64,000 nucleotides of DNA from an uncultured delta proteobacterium (lineage in GTDB: Bacteria > Desulfobacterota > Binatia > UTPRO1): NCBI GenBank assembly GCA_963774015.1, contig CAVZDH010000005.1, forward strand, positions 275,133 through 339,132, given 5' to 3'. Under the pieces are notes generated by a model, which did no database searches, was not told the DNA's origin, and saw nothing but the letters and a program-made list of their open reading frames with translations. The first letter of the stretch is position 1. Each line of letters opens with the position of its first letter. Both the position numbers and the translations under genes were made by a program. Of the stretch, positions 39,295-48,520 are shown piece after piece.

Positions 39295-40833
39295 ATGGAG
39301 CTCACACGCGTCACGAGCGGAAAGACCGCGCACAAGCCCAGCGTCGCGGCGAGCGGTGGCGCCGCCGACGTGCTGGCGTTGTTGCTCGGCGGGGATCAGA
39401 GCGAGCCGGCATCCAAATTTCCGGCGACGCTCACGGCGGCGCTCGCGGGCGGCGAGGTGGCCGAGGATCCGATCGCGACGCCCGCCGGCAGCGGCGCCGG
39501 CGACGGCGCCCTCGAGGGGGAGAAGGCCGGGGACGGGGCGACGGCGATCGGTCTGGCGGTCGCGGCGGCGCTGGCCCTCGGCGGCGCACCGACCACCGCG
39601 ACGGGCGTCGGCCCCGCGGCGGCCGCGTCGAGCGGCGCTACCAAGGCCGGTGCCGCCGGTGCGGTCGCGAGCGCGGTGGTCGGAACGACGACCGCGACGA
39701 CGACGGCGGGCGGCGGCAAGACCTCGGTCGCGAACGGGAACGCGGTGGCGGCGCCGGCGGCGACGACGGCGGCGACGACGGCGGCGGTGACGGTGACGGT
39801 GACGGTGACGAGCGCCCAGCCGGAGAGCGCCGACCAGGACGCCGAGGCGGCACCCGGCGCGAACGCGGCGGCGGCGAGGCTCGAGCGTCTCGGGCCGGAC
39901 GGCGCGAAGGCGGCGACGGCCGGTACGGTGACGACGAGCGGCGACGGTACGGCGGCGAAGAACGGCAGCGACGCGATCGTGTCCGGAGCGTCCTCGGCGG
40001 CGGACGTCGCGCCGGCGCAGGCCGCCGGCCCCCATGCCGAAGGCGGTACGGGCCACCACGGTGCGGGCGCGGGCCTCGCGGTCGAGCCGACGGCGAGCTT
40101 CGCGAGCGGCGCGGGTGAGCATCACGGGCTCGATCTCGGAAGCTCGGAGCGGCACCCGAACGCGGTGCCCGTCGCGGAGAAGCCGGCGCATGCCGCGGCG
40201 GCGACGGTGCCGGCAGCGGCGGCGCAGGCACCGGCGGCGCAGGCATCGGCGACCGGGGCGCCTGACGCCCTGCCGCAGACGCAGCCCAATGGTCGCGATG
40301 CGGCGCCGTCGGCGCCGCCCGTCACGACCACGAGCGGGACGACGGTCGCCGCGGGTCGCGAGTCCACGAGCGCGCGCCTCGACCTTGCAGCGCAACACCC
40401 CGGCGGCATCGAGCCGCGCTGGAGTGAGCGAGTCGCGGATGCCGTGCGTTTGTCGGCGCTGCGTGGCGGCGGTGAGATCCGTCTGCAACTCGAGCCGGAA
40501 GGCCTCGGCCACATCGACGTCCGCATCCATCTACGCTCCGACGGCGTGCATGCGGCGATCGTCGCTCAGCACGAGTCCACGCGGGCGCTCCTCACGAGTC
40601 AGCAGCAGGCGCTGCACGACGCGTTTCAGCGGAGCGACCTGCGCTTGTCCGGGTTCTCGGTGGACGTCGGGTCCGACGGCCGCGCCGCCAGCTTCGCGCG
40701 GCCGGACGATCAGGGGCGCGGCGACGCGGCGCCTGCCGCGCCGCGGCCGTCCGGCGTCACGACCGCCGCCGCCGACGTGCTCGATGGCGCCACGGTGGCG
40801 GCCGCAAGCGGCCACGTGAGCGTGCGGGTGTGA
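39295..40833 (+). CDS. fliK: Hook-length control protein FliK
   Basis: First ATG after the promoter. Long Ala/Thr/Gly-rich ruler and C-terminal [17 protein letters not shown]...FSVDV domain. Confidence 0.9.
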   Translation: MELTRVTSGKTAHKPSVAASGGAADVLALLLGGDQSEPASKFPATLTAALAGGEVAEDPIATPAGSGAGDGALEGEKAGDGATAIGLAVAAALALGGAPTTATGVGPAAAASSGATKAGAAGAVASAVVGTTTATTTAGGGKTSVANGNAVAAPAATTAATTAAVTVTVTVTSAQPESADQDAEAAPGANAAAARLERLGPDGAKAATAGTVTTSGDGTAAKNGSDAIVSGASSAADVAPAQAAGPHAEGGTGHHGAGAGLAVEPTASFASGAGEHHGLDLGSSERHPNAVPVAEKPAHAAAATVPAAAAQAPAAQASATGAPDALPQTQPNGRDAAPSAPPVTTTSGTTVAAGRESTSARLDLAAQHPGGIEPRWSERVADAVRLSALRGGGEIRLQLEPEGLGHIDVRIHLRSDGVHAAIVAQHESTRALLTSQQQALHDAFQRSDLRLSGFSVDVGSDGRAASFARPDDQGRGDAAPAAPRPSGVTTAAADVLDGATVAAASGHVSVRV

Positions 40834-40837
40834 TGCC

Positions 40838-41615
40838 ATGATCCCGCTCGCCATCTCCGCCGCGTCGTCCGCGCTCGGCTTGCTCTCGTCGGTCGCGTCG
40901 AACGCGACCAGCAGCGCCGGCAACGGCGCCGCCGCGAGCAACAGCGGAGGCGCGAGCGCCACCGGTGGCACGTCCGGCTCGACGACCGTCACGGGCGGCG
41001 AGAACAGCGTCGTCAATCAGACCGATTTCATGCAGCTCCTGATTGCGCAGCTGCAGAACCAAGACCCGCTGAACCCGATGGACAGCGCCAACTTCTCGGC
41101 GCAGCTCGCGCAGTTCTCGAGCCTCGAGCAGCTGACGCAGATCAACGAGCAAGCTCGGTGCCGCGGCGCAGGACAAGATCAGCCGCTTCGACGCGCTCGG
41201 ATTCCTCGGCCGCGAGGTGACCGGCCCGAGCGCCGGCATCGCCGTCAGCGGCGGCGTCGCGACGACGCTCGACTACACGCTCACACAGGGCGGCGCGGTG
41301 CAGGCGCAGATCGTCGATGCGACCGGCAAGCAGGTCGCGTCGTTCAAAATCGACGACGCGGGCGCCGGGGCGCACACGTTCGACCTGGCGAAGATCAGCG
41401 GGGCGCCGCATCTGGACGACGGCACGTACGCGGTGGTGCTGTCGCAGGCCGACCCGGCCGGCGGCGCGCCGACGCAGATCGCCACGACCGTGACCGGCAA
41501 GGTCACGGGCGTCGACCTCACCGGCAGCACGCCGACGCTCCTCCTCGGCGACCGCCAGCTCGTCGCGACGGACGTCACGGAGATCAAGGAGATCGCGTCG
41601 AATCTCGGCGCGTAG
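40838..41615 (+). CDS. flgD: Hook cap protein FlgD; +1 frameshift at ~41150
   Basis: [37 protein letters not shown], continuing in another frame as ALGFLGREV...GKVTGVD. Confidence 0.92.
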
Positions 41616-41653
41616 CGGCACAGCGCTTCGCACAGACGAAGGAGAGGACTCGG

Positions 41654-42952
41654 ATGGCCATTTTCGGAGCACTCGGTACGGCACGCAGCGGTCTGGTCGC
41701 GACCGGCGCCGCGCTCAGCGTGATCGGCAACAACATCGCCAACGTGAACACGATCGGCTTCAAGGGAAGCCGCACCGACTTCGCCGACTTGCTGTCGGCG
41801 CAAGGCGGCGGCGGCAGCGCCGGCAAGATCGGCCTCGGGACCCGTATCGGACGCATCAGCGCGTCGTTCACGCAGGGCAACATCGAGAGCACCGGCCGGC
41901 CGACCGATCTCGCGATCCAGGGCAACGGCTTCTTCGTCGTGAGCGGCGGCGACGGCGACCTGTACACGCGCGCCGGCAACTTCCGCCTCGATGCCGACGG
42001 CAATCTGGTCACGAACCAGGGGCTGCCCGTACAGGGCTTCACGTTGAACAACCTGCAGCAGGCGGTGGGCGCTCCCACCAACATCACGGTGACGGGCGCG
42101 AGCAGTCAGCCGGTGCCGACCACCTCGGTCTCGCTCAAGTCGAATCTGCGCGCCGACTCCGAGCTCATCGCCAGCGGCTTCGACGGCACGACCTTCGACA
42201 CCGCGTACGCGACGTCGAACTTCACGACCTCGATCAACGTCTTCGACTCGCTCGGCGCCAAGCACACGCTGAACCTGTTCTTCACCCGCACCGGCGCGAA
42301 CACCTGGGACTACAACGTGGGCGTCGACGGCGGCGACACCGGGGGCACGGCGGGAGATCTGCAACTGGTCGGCCAGGGCCAGCTCCAGTTCAACTCGGAC
42401 GGCTCGCTGAACACGTTCACGGAGGGGACGCCAGTGAGCGTGACGTTCACGGGCGCGGATGCGCAGAACATCGCCCTGAACTTCGGGACGCCGAACGCCG
42501 ATCCGGTCGCGAACCCCGGTCTCGGGACCGACGGCGTGACCCAGTTCGCCGGCCCGTCGGCCGTGGGCTTCCAGTCGCAGAACGGGTACGGCGCCGGCCA
42601 GCTGCTCTCGCTCGAGTTCAGCGAGGCCGGCATCGTGACCGGGGTCTTCGACAACGGACAGACCCGTCCGCTCTTCCAGCTGGCGCTCGCCAACTTCACC
42701 GCGCCCGACGGGCTGACGCCGCTCGGCAACGGGCTCTACCGCGAGTCGGTCGACTCCGGCTCGCCGGCGATCGGCACGCCCGAGTCGGGTGGTCTCGGCT
42801 CGATCATCGGGGGCGCCGTCGAGCTCTCGAACGTCGCCATCGCGCAGGAGTTCATCGACCTGATCTCGACCCAGCGGAGCTTCCAAGCGAACGCCCGCGT
42901 CATCACCTCCAGCGACACCCTCCTGAACGACCTCATCAACATCGTCCGCTAA
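41654..42952 (+). CDS. flgE: Hook protein FlgE
   Basis: ATG 41654 with [57 protein letters not shown]. Confidence 0.97.
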   Translation: MAIFGALGTARSGLVATGAALSVIGNNIANVNTIGFKGSRTDFADLLSAQGGGGSAGKIGLGTRIGRISASFTQGNIESTGRPTDLAIQGNGFFVVSGGDGDLYTRAGNFRLDADGNLVTNQGLPVQGFTLNNLQQAVGAPTNITVTGASSQPVPTTSVSLKSNLRADSELIASGFDGTTFDTAYATSNFTTSINVFDSLGAKHTLNLFFTRTGANTWDYNVGVDGGDTGGTAGDLQLVGQGQLQFNSDGSLNTFTEGTPVSVTFTGADAQNIALNFGTPNADPVANPGLGTDGVTQFAGPSAVGFQSQNGYGAGQLLSLEFSEAGIVTGVFDNGQTRPLFQLALANFTAPDGLTPLGNGLYRESVDSGSPAIGTPESGGLGSIIGGAVELSNVAIAQEFIDLISTQRSFQANARVITSSDTLLNDLINIVR

Positions 42953-42963
42953 CGGCGGAAGCG

Positions 42964-43206
42964 CGGACCGCGGATTCACTCCGCGGTCCGCGGCCAGCGG
43001 AGCAGCGCGGGCGGCCGCCCGCGCGCGCACGGGGCCGAAATCGAACGGACCGCGGATTCACTCCGCGGTCCGCGGCCAGCGGAGCAGCGCGGGCGGCCGC
43101 CCGCGCGCGCACGGGGCCGAAATCGAACGGACCGCGGATTCACTCCGCGGTCCGCGGCCAGCGGAGCAGCGCGGGCGGCCGCCCGCGCGCGCACGGGGCC
43201 GAAATC
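42964..43206. repeat. Three identical 82-bp tandem repeats, each with two hairpins
   Basis: Units start at 42964, 43046 and 43128. Each contains CGGACCGCGGA-TTCAC-TCCGCGGTCCG and the palindrome GCGCGGGCGGCCGCCCGCGC. Confidence 0.92.
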
Positions 43207-43341
43207 CAAAAGACGGCTTCTCCGACACGCCGCTCGCCAGAATTCTGACCTTCGACAGGTCGCGCCGCTCGCGCGCGGCGGCACCTCCCGCAAAACCCCC
43301 GTTCCACCGCGCTCTCCGCCGCCGCCGGCGGTCAGCCCTCC

Positions 43342-43357
43342 GGGCATGGGCCTTGCA
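43342..43357 (+). promoter_or_regulatory. sigma54 promoter of the fliL operon
   Basis: GGGCATGGGCCTTGCA (GG-N10-GC), with dyad GCCAGAATTCTGAC at 43236-43249. Confidence 0.65.
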
Positions 43358-43422
43358 CATTCGGTCCGCGATCACGGGCTCGTCTCGATCCCGTCGCGCA
43401 ATCGCGATCGCAAGGAGCGTGC

Positions 43423-43953
43423 ATGTCGGAAGAAGCCGAGAAGCCAGCCGAAGGGGCCGCGGAAGCCAAGAAGAAGTCGAAGCTCGTGCCCATGATCGGG
43501 AGCGGGGTGCTGCTGATCGCGGGTGCGGTCGTCGCGCTCTGGTATCTCGGCATCGGTCCCTTCAAGGGGGGCGACCTGAAGCACGCCGAGGCGACGGCCG
43601 CGGTCGAAGAGGCCGAGCACGGCGCGGAGCCGGCGGATCGCGGCGGCAAGCCCGGCGGCATCCTCTCGCTCGAGCCGTTCATCGCGAATCTCGCCGACGA
43701 CGGCGGCCGCCGCTACTTGAAGGCCACGTTCCAGATCGACTTCGGCAGCGCCGACGTGCCGGCGGCGATGCAGGCCCGCCTGCCGCAGCTCCGCGATCTC
43801 CTGCTGACACTCTTCACCAGCAAGACCTTCGACGACATCCGGACGCCCGAAGGCAAGCAGCAGCTTCGTGAGGAGATCATCCAGCGCGTGAATCAGGTGC
43901 TCGATCGCGATCTCGCGAAGGCCGTCTACTTCACCGAGTTCATCGTCCAGTGA
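43423..43953 (+). CDS. fliL: Basal body-associated protein FliL
   Basis: KKKSK + TM, LEPFIANLAD..RYLK, PQLRD, VYFTEFIVQ. Confidence 0.96.
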   Translation: MSEEAEKPAEGAAEAKKKSKLVPMIGSGVLLIAGAVVALWYLGIGPFKGGDLKHAEATAAVEEAEHGAEPADRGGKPGGILSLEPFIANLADDGGRRYLKATFQIDFGSADVPAAMQARLPQLRDLLLTLFTSKTFDDIRTPEGKQQLREEIIQRVNQVLDRDLAKAVYFTEFIVQ

Positions 43954-43995
43954 CGTTCGGAGCCAGCCCGCGACCAGCGACCGACCGGCCATCCC

Positions 43996-44961
43996 ATGAG
44001 TGAAACCCTCTCCCAGGACGAAGTCAGTGCCTTGCTCCGCGGCCTCGCCGACGGCGACGTGCCGGGAGAAGAGGCCGCGGCCGACCCCGGTACGACGCGC
44101 GACTACGACCTCCTCGGCGAGGAGCGCATCGTCGCGCGCCGCTTCCAGGCGCTCGACCTCGTGCGCGAGCGTCTCGTGCGGCGGCTGAAGCTGTCGCTCG
44201 CGGGGGTGCTCGGCACCCCGCCCGAGGTCGAGGCCAAGCCGCTCGAGCTCCTCAAGTTCGCGACCTTCCGCAATCGCCTCGAGACGCCCGCGAATCTTCA
44301 CCTCTTCGTGATGACGCCGCTGCGCGGGCAGGCGGTGGTGGTGGTCTCCTCGAACCTCGCCTACGGCTTGGTCGACAAGGTGTTCGGCGGCCTCGGCCGC
44401 ATTCCGACGAGCGGCGTCCGCCGCGAGTCCTCGGCGATCGAGATGCAGACCGTGCAGCGGGTGGTGATGCACGCGCTCGCGGACTTCACCGAGGCCCTCG
44501 CGCCGTTGCACCCGATCGCGTGCACGTTCGCGCGCTCCGAGACCAACCCGATCTCGGTCGCGATCTGCAGTCCGACGGATCAGGTGCTGCTGCTGCCGTT
44601 CCAGTGCGATCTCGGCAGCGGGCCGACGTCGCTCGCGATCGCCATCCCGTTCGCGATGCTCGAGCCGATCCGGGCCAAGCTCGGCGAGCCGGAGGCCGCG
44701 GAGCGCGGGCCGGACGCGACCTGGCTCGCGGCGCTGCAAACGGCGGTCGAGGCGACCGACGTGACGATGAGCGTCGAGCTCGGCACCACGGAGCTCACCG
44801 CGCGCGAGGTCCTGAAGCTCAAGACGGGCGATCTCATCACCATCGAGACCCGCGCCGACGACCCGCTCGCGGTGTCGGTGGAAGGCATTCGGGTGATGAC
44901 CGGCGTTCCGGGCGTGAGCCGGGGAAACAACGCCGTGCGCGTGGTCGCGACAGCGGCCTGA
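43996..44961 (+). CDS. fliM: Motor switch protein FliM
   Basis: CheY-binding LSQDEVSALL, LVDKVFGG.G, ETNP and SpoA C-terminus. Confidence 0.96.
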   Translation: MSETLSQDEVSALLRGLADGDVPGEEAAADPGTTRDYDLLGEERIVARRFQALDLVRERLVRRLKLSLAGVLGTPPEVEAKPLELLKFATFRNRLETPANLHLFVMTPLRGQAVVVVSSNLAYGLVDKVFGGLGRIPTSGVRRESSAIEMQTVQRVVMHALADFTEALAPLHPIACTFARSETNPISVAICSPTDQVLLLPFQCDLGSGPTSLAIAIPFAMLEPIRAKLGEPEAAERGPDATWLAALQTAVEATDVTMSVELGTTELTAREVLKLKTGDLITIETRADDPLAVSVEGIRVMTGVPGVSRGNNAVRVVATAA

Positions 44962-44989
44962 GCGCCGGAAGGGAAGAGGAGCGGAGACG

Positions 44990-45298
44990 ATGGCAGACGA
45001 GGGACAGTTGGTGACGCAGCCGGCGGCGGATCTCGAGAACGGCAACCTCGAGCTCATTCTGGACGTGCCACTCGGCGTGAGCGTCGAGCTCGGTCGCGTG
45101 AAGATGCCCGTCCGTCAGCTCCTCTCGTTGACGGCGGGATCGGTGATCGAGCTCGCCAAGCTCGCCGGCGAGCCGCTCGACGTCCTCATCAACGGGCGCC
45201 CCGTCGCCCGCGGCGAGGCCGTCATGGTGAACGACAAGTTCGGCGTCCGACTGACCGAGATCGTGAGCCAGTCCGAACGCGTCGAGCGCCTGCGATGA
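44990..45298 (+). CDS. fliN: Motor switch protein FliN
   Basis: ILDVPLGVSVELG, GSVIELAKLAGEPLD, GEAVMVNDKFGVR. Confidence 0.97.
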   Translation: MADEGQLVTQPAADLENGNLELILDVPLGVSVELGRVKMPVRQLLSLTAGSVIELAKLAGEPLDVLINGRPVARGEAVMVNDKFGVRLTEIVSQSERVERLR

Positions 45299-45618
45299 CC
45301 CCGATGGCCACCTCCGGTCCTCCCGAGGTCGCCTGGCCCGCGATCGCCGCCGTCGTCGTCCTCACGCTCGCCGCGACGGTGATCCACTGGTGGTTGAAAG
45401 GCCGAGGGCTCCTGCCCACCGCGACCAACCCGATCAAGGTGGTCGCGATGAAGTCGTTGGGGGGCAAGCGCAGCGTCGCCGTCGTGGAGGTGGAGACGCA
45501 ACGCTTTCTCCTGGGGCTGACGGACGAGGCCGTGCGGTGTCTCGCCGCCTTGCCGAGCGAAGCGAAGGGCAGCAGCGCGAGCGCCGTGGTCGCGCTTCCC
45601 GTCGGAGTCGCACGGTGA
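45295..45618 (+). CDS. fliO: Export protein FliO
   Basis: TM followed by IKVVAMKSLGGKRSVAVVEV..RFLLG; between fliN and fliP. Confidence 0.88.
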   Translation: MTPMATSGPPEVAWPAIAAVVVLTLAATVIHWWLKGRGLLPTATNPIKVVAMKSLGGKRSVAVVEVETQRFLLGLTDEAVRCLAALPSEAKGSSASAVVALPVGVAR

Positions 45619-46354
45619 CCCTCCGACGCGTGGCGATCCTCGTTGCGGCCCTCCTCGCGCTCTGGCCGACGGTCGCGCATGCGGCCCCGGCGCTGTCGCT
45701 CGAGGTCGGCGGCAACAGCTCGGACGGCCTCTCCACCAGCCTGCAGCTCATGCTGCTGTTCACGCTGCTCTCGTTCGCGCCCGCGATCATGATCGGCGTG
45801 ACGGCGTTCGTGCGCATCGTGATCGTGCTCGCATTCATGCGGCAGGCGGTCGGGACGCAGCAGATGCCGCCGAACCAGGTGATCGTGGCGCTCGCGCTCT
45901 TTCTCACGTTCTTCGTGATGATGCCGACGATCCGCGAGGTGAACCAGAACGCGATCCAGCCCTATCTCAAGAACGACGCGGCGGCGATCGACACGCTCGA
46001 GCGGGGCTTTCAGCCGCTCCGCGCCTTCATGCTGCGGCAGACGCGCGAGAAGGACCTGGCGCTCTTCCTCGGCATCAGCGGCCACGACGCGGCCCGCGAC
46101 GCCGGCCGACGTGCCGCCCGAGGTGGTGATCCCGGCGTTCATGATCTCCGAGCTGAAGACGGCCTTCACAGATCAGCTTCATGGTCTACATCCCGTTCCT
46201 CGTGCTCGACATGGTGGTGGCCTCGATCCTCACCTCGATGGGCATGATCACGCTGCCGCCGGTGCTGATCTCGCTGCCGTTCAAGCTGATGATCTTCGTG
46301 CTGGTCGACGGCTGGAATCTCCTCATCAGCTCGCTCGTGCGGAGCTTCCAGTGA
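45615..46354 (+). CDS. fliP: Export gate protein FliP; two +1 frameshifts (~46092, ~46168)
   Basis: [74 protein letters not shown]. Confidence 0.93.
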
Positions 46355-46620
46355 CCCAGGAGACCGTCCTGCAGCTCGGCCGCAACGCCCTCGAGATGTG
46401 CCTCATCCTCTCGGGGCCGGTGTTGGTGTTCGGGCTCGTCGCGGGCCTCGTGGTCGCGGTGTTCCAGGCGCTCACGCAGATCCACGAGATGACGCTGACG
46501 TTCATCCCGAAGATCGGCGCCACCATCCTGGCGCTCGTGCTCTTCGGGCCGTGGATGCTGCAGAAGATGCTCAACTACACGATCGCGCTCTTCGAGTCGG
46601 TGCCGGGGTTGGTGCGCTGA
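46351..46620 (+). CDS. fliQ: Export gate protein FliQ
   Basis: GTG start. [23 protein letters not shown]. Confidence 0.96.
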   Translation: MTQETVLQLGRNALEMCLILSGPVLVFGLVAGLVVAVFQALTQIHEMTLTFIPKIGATILALVLFGPWMLQKMLNYTIALFESVPGLVR

Positions 46621-46627
46621 GAGCCCG

Positions 46628-47425
46628 ATGGGAATCGTCACCGATCTGCTCGCGTCCGGCCAGGACCGCATCGTCATGCTCGTGCTGGCGCTCGCCCGCG
46701 TCGGCGGGCTCTTCATCCTCGCGCCGTTCTTCGGGGCGCGCACCGCGCCCGTGCGGGTGCGCGCGGCGACGGTGTTCTTCATGACGATCGCGATGCTGCC
46801 GATCCTCGGTCCGACGCCGCCGGCGCTCGCTGCCGACGCCGGCCCCGCGGTCGTGCTCGGAATGATCGGCTTCGAGGCCATGATCGGGTTCGTGATCGGC
46901 CTGGTGGCGCAGTTCATCTTCGGCGCCGTGCAAATGGCCGGTCAGCTCGCGGGCATCCAAATGGGCATCGGGCTCTCGAACCTGATCGACCCGCAGACGC
47001 AGGACCACATCACGTCGCTGGCGCAGTGGGAGAATCTCCTCGCGCTGCTGGTCTTCCTCTCGATCGACGGACACCACATCCTGATTCGCGCGGTCGCGGA
47101 CAGCTTTCGGGTGTTGCCCCTCGGCGGCGGCCTGCCGCAGGCGGCCGGCTTCGCAATCGTGTTCCGCCTCGCGAGCGGGCTCTTCGTGGTGGCGCTCAAG
47201 GTCGCGGCACCGGTGCTGGTGCTGCTCCTCATGGTGAACGCCGCGATGGGCGTGCTCGCCAAGCTGATTCCGCAGCTGAACGTCTTCATCGTCGGCTTTC
47301 CACTGAACGTCGCGGCCGGCCTCTTCGTGCTCGCCGCGGCGCAACCCTTCACGGTGCGCCTGCTCGTCACCAGCTTCGGCGAGCTGCAGAGCTCGCTGGC
47401 GCAGATGGTGCGGGCCCTCGGGTAG
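46628..47425 (+). CDS. fliR: Export gate protein FliR
   Basis: QMAGQLAGIQMG, DPQ, IDGHH, KLIPQLNVFIVGFP. Confidence 0.96.
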   Translation: MGIVTDLLASGQDRIVMLVLALARVGGLFILAPFFGARTAPVRVRAATVFFMTIAMLPILGPTPPALAADAGPAVVLGMIGFEAMIGFVIGLVAQFIFGAVQMAGQLAGIQMGIGLSNLIDPQTQDHITSLAQWENLLALLVFLSIDGHHILIRAVADSFRVLPLGGGLPQAAGFAIVFRLASGLFVVALKVAAPVLVLLLMVNAAMGVLAKLIPQLNVFIVGFPLNVAAGLFVLAAAQPFTVRLLVTSFGELQSSLAQMVRALG

Positions 47426-47437
47426 CGCGGGTCATTC

Positions 47438-48520
47438 ATGGCCGAAGACGACGCCAACCGTACAGAAGAGCCCACACCCAAACGCCGCGAAGAGGCGCGC
47501 GCCGACGGCCGCATTCCGCAGTCGGCGGAGATCACGGCCGCGACGGTGCTCCTCGCCGCGCTGCTGGCGACGTGGCGGAACGGTGACGCGGCGATCACGA
47601 GTCTCCGCGAGGCGATGCGCCGGAGCCTGGTCGGGATCAGCAAGCTCGATCTCACGCCGGCGGCGCTCGGGGACATCCTGCACGGCGTGCTCCACGACGT
47701 GACGTCGGTGGTGGTGCCGATCCTCAGCGCGACCGCCGTCGCGGGTGTCGTCGCGACGGTCGCGCAGATCGGGTTCCAAGTGCACGGCAAGCATCTCTTG
47801 CCCGACGCCAGCAAGATGTCGCCGGCGAGCGGGCTGCAGCGCATCTTCTCGAGCAAGGGGCTCTTCGAGCTCGTGAAGGCGCTCGTGAAGATCACCATCA
47901 TCGGCTGGCTCGCGTGGAAGATGGTGCGCGACGCCGAGGGGAAGATCATCGCGCTCTCCGGTGCCTCGCCGCGCGAGCTGCTCGCGATCACGGGGGAGGA
48001 AGTGGCGCGCCTCGTCGGGTGGGCGACCGGCATTCTGGTCGTCCTCGCGGCCTGCGACTACGGCTGGCAGCGCCGCCAGCACCACCAGAGCCTCCGCATG
48101 AGCAAGAGCGAGGTGAAGGACGAGGCCCGCCAGTCGGAAGGCGATCCGAAGATCAAGGGACGCATGAGGCGCGCCTACCAGGAGCTGGTGAAGACGCGAA
48201 GCCTCGCGGACGTACCGACGGCCGACGTCATCGTCACCAACCCGATCCACCTCGCGGTCGCGCTCAAGTACGTGGCCGGTCAGATGGGCGCGCCGAAAGT
48301 CGTCGCCAAAGGGGCGGAGGGCATGGCGCAGCGGATCAAGGACATCGCCCGGCAGCACGGCGTACCGATCATGGAGCGCCGTTCGCTCGCGCGCGCGCTC
48401 TTCCGCAGCGTCCCGGTCGGTGGTGAGATCCCGGCGACGCTCTACCGCGCGATCGCGGAGATCCTCGCCTACGTGTACGGCTTGCGCCGGCAGCGCGCGG
48501 CGCACGGAGCGGCCGACTAA
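47438..48520 (+). CDS. flhB: Export switch protein FlhB
   Basis: TEEPTPKRREEAR..G, EGDPKIK, TNPIHLAVAL, PKVVAKG. Confidence 0.97.
   Translation: MAEDDANRTEEPTPKRREEARADGRIPQSAEITAATVLLAALLATWRNGDAAITSLREAMRRSLVGISKLDLTPAALGDILHGVLHDVTSVVVPILSATAVAGVVATVAQIGFQVHGKHLLPDASKMSPASGLQRIFSSKGLFELVKALVKITIIGWLAWKMVRDAEGKIIALSGASPRELLAITGEEVARLVGWATGILVVLAACDYGWQRRQHHQSLRMSKSEVKDEARQSEGDPKIKGRMRRAYQELVKTRSLADVPTADVIVTNPIHLAVALKYVAGQMGAPKVVAKGAEGMAQRIKDIARQHGVPIMERRSLARALFRSVPVGGEIPATLYRAIAEILAYVYGLRRQRAAHGAAD

Noticed and set aside
39781-39812. (GGTGAC)n microsatellite within fliK, and (TP)n-coding repeats in the secreted proteins
   Set aside because: In-frame low-complexity linker coding, with no sign of phase variation.
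40838-42952. 704-aa FlgD-FlgE fusion ORF
   Set aside because: The middle segment is out-of-frame nonsense. The FlgD C-terminal half is in ORF 41217-41615, and flgE has its own SD and ATG.
42964-43206. Possible CRISPR array
   Set aside because: Units are fully identical with no unique spacers, and there are no cas genes in the window.
45615-46354. fliP (and flgD) as true pseudogenes, implying a dead flagellum
   Set aside because: Only single-base insertions with intact motifs, in a cluster that is otherwise conserved with intact promoters. Sequencing error is more parsimonious, though unproven.
48236-48250. FlhB autocleavage motif NPIH instead of NPTH
   Set aside because: The catalytic N-P and H are retained, so this is a minor variant.
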